A stretch of DNA of 64,000 nt from contig CAXXWQ010000004.1 of assembly GCA_963674945.2 (NCBI GenBank), forward strand, positions 1,600,001 through 1,664,000. The letters run 5' to 3'. The position numbers and the translations under genes are program-made. Below the pieces are notes generated by a model. That model was not told where the DNA came from, did not search any database, and worked only from the letters and a program-made list of their open reading frames with translations. Origin of the DNA: an uncultured Desulfosarcina sp. (GTDB taxonomy: Bacteria; Desulfobacterota; Desulfobacteria; Desulfobacterales; Desulfosarcinaceae). How positions within the stretch are numbered: the stretch's first letter is position 1; every line of letters begins with the position of its first letter. Positions 59,519 to 64,000 of this stretch are shown one piece after another.

Positions 59519-61492
59519 TCAGGCGGCTTCGATCTCCCGCCGGTCGGACATGTCCATGAGAACGCGTTCCCTTGCCTTGTCGATGCCCAAGGCCTTTCGC
59601 TTCTTGTCGATGTGGGCGATCATCATCCTGGCCATTTCGTATGGATCGGGAGTAAATCCCCATTTGCCCAGTCCTTGTTGTTCGAGCCCATCGAAGAGGA
59701 GTTTGTGGAATTTGGTCTCTTCGACGATGGGGAAGGTAACGCCAAAAACGGTGAAAACGCCGGAAGCGACAAAGTATTGGCCGATGGAAATGGCCTTCTC
59801 GCTCATCCATTCGGGCGCGGCACCGGCCACGGGAAGATCCGCCATGGACTGTCCTAGACCACCCGTATGAACCATCTCCGCTGCCGCGACCAGGATGCGG
59901 CTGTTGTCGACACACGAACCGAGGCCCAGGACCGGCGGCATACCCACCGTATCACACACTTCCCGTAATCCCTGTCCGGCGAGAACCGCCGCCTCGGGAG
60001 AGGTAAGGCCGGCTTTCGCCAATGCGATTTGCGAGCAGCCGGTCTGAAGCACGAGCACGTCGTTTTTGATCAGTTCCTTCACCAGCTCGACGTGAACCCA
60101 GTCCTGCTTCATACGTGGATTGGTACAACCGACGACGCCCGCCACACCGCGGATCCTTCCGTTGATGATATTCTCGTTGAGTGGTGTGTAGGACCCTCTG
60201 AAGGAGCCACCCAGCATGTAGTTGATATACTCATGGGAAAAACCATGAACGCCGATGCCTTTATTTTTCGGGATCTCGATCTCGGCCTTTCTGTTTTTGA
60301 ATCGTGAAATCGCCTTGATCACGATCTCATCGGTACACGATTTGGGATCATGCTCATGGAACTCGATATGCGTTGCCCCCTCGATGTGGCACCTCGGGTT
60401 GGTGGTAATCAGTGGCGTACCGTAACAATCGGCGACTTTGGCGAGGCCTTGCTTGATACACTGAACGTCCACGGTCATGGCATCGACGGCGCCGGTAACG
60501 AGTACGGCTTCGGTGGACATGAAGTTGCCCAAATGCGGAATCGCGTGTCGCACCAGCACCTCGGCACCCGAACAGCACATGCCGGCAAGGTTGATTCCGG
60601 TTGCGCCGGCATCCTTTGCCGCCTGGATGAGTGTGGGCTCGTTGACGGAGGCGATCATGGACTCGAACAGGTTGGGCTCGTGACCGTGAACGATAATGTT
60701 CACCTGGTTTTCCTCCAGGACTCCCATGTCCACTTCGATGGCGACCGGTGAAGGCGTTCCGAAAAGAATGTCCGAAATCTCCGTGGCAACCATGGACCCA
60801 CCCCAGCCGTCGGCCAATGCCGTCCGGCTGCACTGTTTCATGATGTTGTTGTACTCCTGATCCACGCCGATATGGGTTCGATGCATGAGTTCCATGATTT
60901 CACGCATGGCACCACGGGGCACGATGCCGAGTTTCCGCCAGTTCTCCAGGGTCTTTTCCGGGACCCGTTTCATAAAGGGAATTTCACCGTCCACCTGGGT
61001 GTAGGTACGTTCCAGTTCCGCATAGAGTTCCAGCGCAACCTCTTTCTGGCTTTTCCCTTCCGTTTCGATACCCACCGACTTGGCAACGGCTTCCAACTTG
61101 ATGGGATCCTTGATTTCGTAGTCCGTGATGTTCCCATTGACCACCTCTCTGAACAGATCGAGCATGCTCATGCCGTGGTCGGTATGAGCCGCACATCCCG
61201 ATGCCACCATCCTGGCAAAATTTCTGGCCTGTATGGTGTCGATGGTTGCACCGCAGACGCCGACTTTTGCGTACGGATCCCTCGCATTGAGTCGACATGG
61301 TCCCATTGAGCAGTGTTTACAGCAGGCAGAATCGGCGCCGATGGGGCATGCCTTCATATCGATGGCACGATCGAATGCCGTACTGACGCCATCCCGTTTG
61401 GCTTTGGCCAACATCTGCTGGGTAGAATCGCAAATCGTCAAATCCTTGATATTGATTTCCTTCTTCTTGGCTGGAACTTTCTTCTCGGTCAT
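59519..61492 (-). CDS. cooS: Anaerobic Ni,Fe carbon monoxide dehydrogenase catalytic subunit
   Basis: CPIG...CCKHCSMGPC, VCGA, AAHTDHG, HGHEP, GMCC, DVQC, VVGC, TGC, GSCVDNSR, SEKA. Confidence 0.96.
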   Translation of the reverse strand: MTEKKVPAKKKEINIKDLTICDSTQQMLAKAKRDGVSTAFDRAIDMKACPIGADSACCKHCSMGPCRLNARDPYAKVGVCGATIDTIQARNFARMVASGCAAHTDHGMSMLDLFREVVNGNITDYEIKDPIKLEAVAKSVGIETEGKSQKEVALELYAELERTYTQVDGEIPFMKRVPEKTLENWRKLGIVPRGAMREIMELMHRTHIGVDQEYNNIMKQCSRTALADGWGGSMVATEISDILFGTPSPVAIEVDMGVLEENQVNIIVHGHEPNLFESMIASVNEPTLIQAAKDAGATGINLAGMCCSGAEVLVRHAIPHLGNFMSTEAVLVTGAVDAMTVDVQCIKQGLAKVADCYGTPLITTNPRCHIEGATHIEFHEHDPKSCTDEIVIKAISRFKNRKAEIEIPKNKGIGVHGFSHEYINYMLGGSFRGSYTPLNENIINGRIRGVAGVVGCTNPRMKQDWVHVELVKELIKNDVLVLQTGCSQIALAKAGLTSPEAAVLAGQGLREVCDTVGMPPVLGLGSCVDNSRILVAAAEMVHTGGLGQSMADLPVAGAAPEWMSEKAISIGQYFVASGVFTVFGVTFPIVEETKFHKLLFDGLEQQGLGKWGFTPDPYEMARMMIAHIDKKRKALGIDKARERVLMDMSDRREIEAA

Positions 61493-61652
61493 TTTCCCTC
61501 CTTCGTGGAAAGATACTTTTTGTTTTGTTACCGGTTAGAATTAAAATGATTACGATATTATGAATGTCACTTTGCTGAGCCGTTGAATTGAATGGAGTGG
61601 CATACGCGAGGCCTCAAAAATAAATGAAAATAATTAATAGGAATGATTACTA

Positions 61653-61681
61653 TTTGTAAGTAACGTCGCTGCTGTTGTCAA
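61653..61681 (-). promoter_or_regulatory. Candidate sigma70 promoter of cooS
   Basis: Minus strand TTGACA-N17-TACAAA. Confidence 0.4.
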
Positions 61682-61909
61682 GCGATGTTTCATTTTTTCT
61701 TACCATTTCTTGATTTTCCTTGACCGTTCCACGGGAGATCCTTACTTTAAGTTGTCTTGAGCACGAAAGATCCGTATGAATGGATCGTGTCAGCGTTGAA
61801 GTGTTTAGGTCTGTATTGGACAAATAAAATTTTCCGCAATATCGTGACAATAAGGAAAGGCGAACCTGTCGAGGCAAAACCACCATGATCCAATGGAAAG
61901 GATTCCGAC

Positions 61910-62164
61910 ATGACTGAAAAACCCGTTAAGATCTATTCGTTGAGTACCTGCAGCCATTGCAAATCGACCAAAAAGCTGCTGGACAAATGTACGGTCAAAT
62001 ACGATTTCGTGGATGTGGACCTTCTGGACGGAGAGGAACGAAAGGCCATTCTCGCCGATGTAAAGAAATTCAACCCGAAATGTTCATTTCCTACGGTAAT
62101 CATCGGCGATGACGTCATCGTCGGTTTCAAGGAAGACAAAATCAAGGAGGCGCTGGGGCTGTGA
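61910..62164 (+). CDS. Glutaredoxin/NrdH-like redoxin
   Basis: CSHC active site; SFPTVII (cis-Pro motif); IVGF. Confidence 0.9.
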   Translation: MTEKPVKIYSLSTCSHCKSTKKLLDKCTVKYDFVDVDLLDGEERKAILADVKKFNPKCSFPTVIIGDDVIVGFKEDKIKEALGL

Positions 62165-62496
62165 TGGATGCAAAGGCACTCTATGAAAAACTGAAGAAAG
62201 TGCAGGAGCCCAAAGGCTATTTCTTCAGCAACGATGACGAGCGGGTGATGGAATTGCTGGATTCCCTCCTGATCAACAAAGATCGGTACGGCTACATGGT
62301 CTGTCCCTGCCGCCTCGCATCCGGAGATCGGGAAAACGACCGGGACATCATCTGCCCGTGCGAATACCGGGAGCCAGATGTGGCCGAATTCGGTTCCTGC
62401 TACTGCAACCTGTATGTTTCCAAAGAATGGAACGAGGGCAAGATCGAAAAGGAATACGTGCCGGAACGCCGCCCAGTGGAAAAGATGTTATTCTAA
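62161..62496 (+). CDS. Ferredoxin:thioredoxin (glutaredoxin) reductase catalytic subunit
   Basis: RYGYMVCPCR, ICPC, GSCYCNLY motifs; translationally coupled to the redoxin. Confidence 0.92.
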   Translation: MMDAKALYEKLKKVQEPKGYFFSNDDERVMELLDSLLINKDRYGYMVCPCRLASGDRENDRDIICPCEYREPDVAEFGSCYCNLYVSKEWNEGKIEKEYVPERRPVEKMLF

Positions 62497-62866
62497 TCGG
62501 TTTCCAGGTCCTCATACGCATCCGGGACGAATCGAGGCGAACAAACGGCCAGGAAAATAAGGTCCCCTGAACCAATATTGGTAATACGCTGTGGACCAAG
62601 AGGTGGTATGCGTACCACGTCACCGGCACCCACCCATGCAGGTGGCAGTTCGCCGACCTCAACGGAGCCCACTCCTTCCAAGATCACATACCGTTCGAAG
62701 ATTTCCACGAGACGATGCCACCTTGTCGTGACTCCTATCAGTACCCGAGCCCGGGCGATGGCAACGGCCGGGTCGCGTCTTCATCGTTGGACAACTCCCG
62801 GATGTAGCATCCTCCATCAAAAAAATACTCGCCCTTTTGATCGGCCTTATGAATGCTGGGCTCCAT
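62493..62866 (-). pseudogene. Cupin-domain protein with frameshift near 62775
   Basis: ATG 62866 gives MEPSIHKADQKGEYFFDGGCYIRELSNDED. The continuation DPAVAIARARV...TTRWHRL..ERYVILEG is in another frame. Span of 374 nt is not divisible by 3. Confidence 0.75.
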
Positions 62867-63016
62867 CTGCCACTCCGCAGCAGTTATCATTGTTTCCTTT
62901 TCCCGCTAATGCTATAAATCATTAATCAATACGAATAAAAAGAGACTTTTTAAATAAAGCCTTTCCCATTTTGATCACCGACAAGAAAATGGAAGATGAA
63001 AAAAGGAGGCATATCG

Positions 63017-63562
63017 ATGACGGATCTGCTCGACACGATAAAAAACCGCCGAAGCATACGAAAATTCGAAGAACGGGACGTTCCCGAAGGGCTGCTCAAT
63101 CAAATCCTGGAGGCCATTCGGTGGGCACCGTCATGGACCAATTGCCAATGCTGGGAAGTGGTCGTGATTCGGGATGTGGAAATCAAGACAAAACTGCAGC
63201 AAAGCCTGCCCCCCAAAGGGAACCCCGCGGCAAAAGCCATCGTCCAGGCGCCGGTGCTGCTGGCCCTTTGCGCAAAAACAGGAGTATCGGGTTTTTATAA
63301 GAACCAGGCATCCACGAAATTCGGTGACTGGATGATGTACGACCTGGGACTGGCAACGCAAAACATCTGCCTGATGGCGCACGATCTGGGGCTGGGTACC
63401 GTGATCGTCGGCCTGTTCGATCATGACCGGGCCGGCGCGGCCATCAATCTTTCGGACGGGTACGAACTTGTCACCCTGATTCCCATCGGCTATCCCGCAA
63501 AGGTCGGGAGTGCGCCCCGGCGTCGGGAAGTCCAAGAGTTCACCCACCACGACCGATTCTAA
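63017..63562 (+). CDS. Nitroreductase family protein
   Basis: AGGAGG RBS; IKNRRSIRKF, WAPSWTNCQCW, AHDLGLGTVIVG, IPIGYP. Confidence 0.93.
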   Translation: MTDLLDTIKNRRSIRKFEERDVPEGLLNQILEAIRWAPSWTNCQCWEVVVIRDVEIKTKLQQSLPPKGNPAAKAIVQAPVLLALCAKTGVSGFYKNQASTKFGDWMMYDLGLATQNICLMAHDLGLGTVIVGLFDHDRAGAAINLSDGYELVTLIPIGYPAKVGSAPRRREVQEFTHHDRF

Positions 63563-63614
63563 TTGACGAGTGATCCTGAGGCCAACACATCACTCCCCTA
63601 CGCAGCAGAAAGTT

Positions 63615-64000
63615 ATGAAGGCCATGTCCGAAACGACACACCAAAACGCAGACCAGCCGCTAAGGAATCTAAGCACGTTCTGCGTGTATCCGTTCAATCA
63701 TATCAATTTGCAGCCGAACGGGATGGTTTCACTTTGCTGCCGTGCCAGCAGTCCGATCACGGTTAACGGACGCGCCCTGTCTCTCCACCACGATGCGTTT
63801 CAGGATATATGGAATTCCAGTTACATGCGTGACGTCCGCGCCCGGATGGTTGCCGGTCAGCCCGTAGCAGCGTGTTCTTCGTGCTACCAGACGGAAAACC
63901 AAGGCGGGGTAAGCCTTCGGGCGATGGTCAACCAAAATGGCAGACGACGTCTTGAAGAAGTGTATGATGAATGCAAAGCGACTGTCATGCAACAAGATGC
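63615..64000 (+). CDS. N-terminal twitch/SPASM-domain radical SAM protein (partial, runs off window)
   Basis: Manual translation, absent from the ORF track: FCVYPFNHINLQPNGMVSLCC...IWNSSYMRDVRARMVAG...CSSCYQTENQGGVSLR. The radical SAM core itself is not visible in the window. Confidence 0.75.
   Translation, partial: MKAMSETTHQNADQPLRNLSTFCVYPFNHINLQPNGMVSLCCRASSPITVNGRALSLHHDAFQDIWNSSYMRDVRARMVAGQPVAACSSCYQTENQGGVSLRAMVNQNGRRRLEEVYDECKATVMQQD

Noticed and set aside
63729..63995. 88-aa minus-strand ORF
   Set aside because: Antisense to the twitch-domain radical SAM frame, which has clear motifs.

Overview
64 kb of bacterial chromosome. Gene content suggests an anaerobic Desulfobacterota member, probably a Desulfosarcina-like sulfate reducer (inference). 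Everything from 1 to 47092 lies on the minus strand. From left to right: a Usp, a MoCo-carrier-like protein, a receiver protein, an OYE/FadH-like flavin oxidoreductase and a 1587-aa dehydratase-activase fusion; two outer-membrane genes; and three large glycosyltransferase/sulfotransferase-like genes, one with 20 tandem 38-aa repeats. The standout is a tightly coupled 12-gene, ~16.5-kb operon (21426-37893) resembling the myxobacterial Agl-Glt/Nfs trans-envelope motor. It encodes ExbB, two ExbD, GltF-, GltG-, GltA/B-, GltC- and GltD/E-like proteins, followed by four secreted Ca2+-binding/adhesin-like proteins (propeller-like lipoprotein, thrombospondin type-3 repeat protein, VWA lipoprotein, PPC-repeat lipoprotein). 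Housekeeping genes follow: minCDE, tRNA-Met, a zinc-ribbon/DUF3426 protein, hpt, a DnaJ-class chaperone, mnmG and a TIGR01212 radical SAM. The right arm holds a CecR-YbhGFSR-type efflux operon, lgt, DUF3124, TIGR02757, a PAS sigma54 activator, a stand-alone cooS, glutaredoxin plus FTR catalytic subunit, a frameshifted cupin, a nitroreductase and a truncated twitch-domain radical SAM gene. Three copies of a 126-bp inverted-repeat element sit at stop codons, and several 7-bp-period inverted repeats occur between genes. No CRISPR array, rRNA or transposase was seen. All family assignments come from motif recognition by eye, not database searches.
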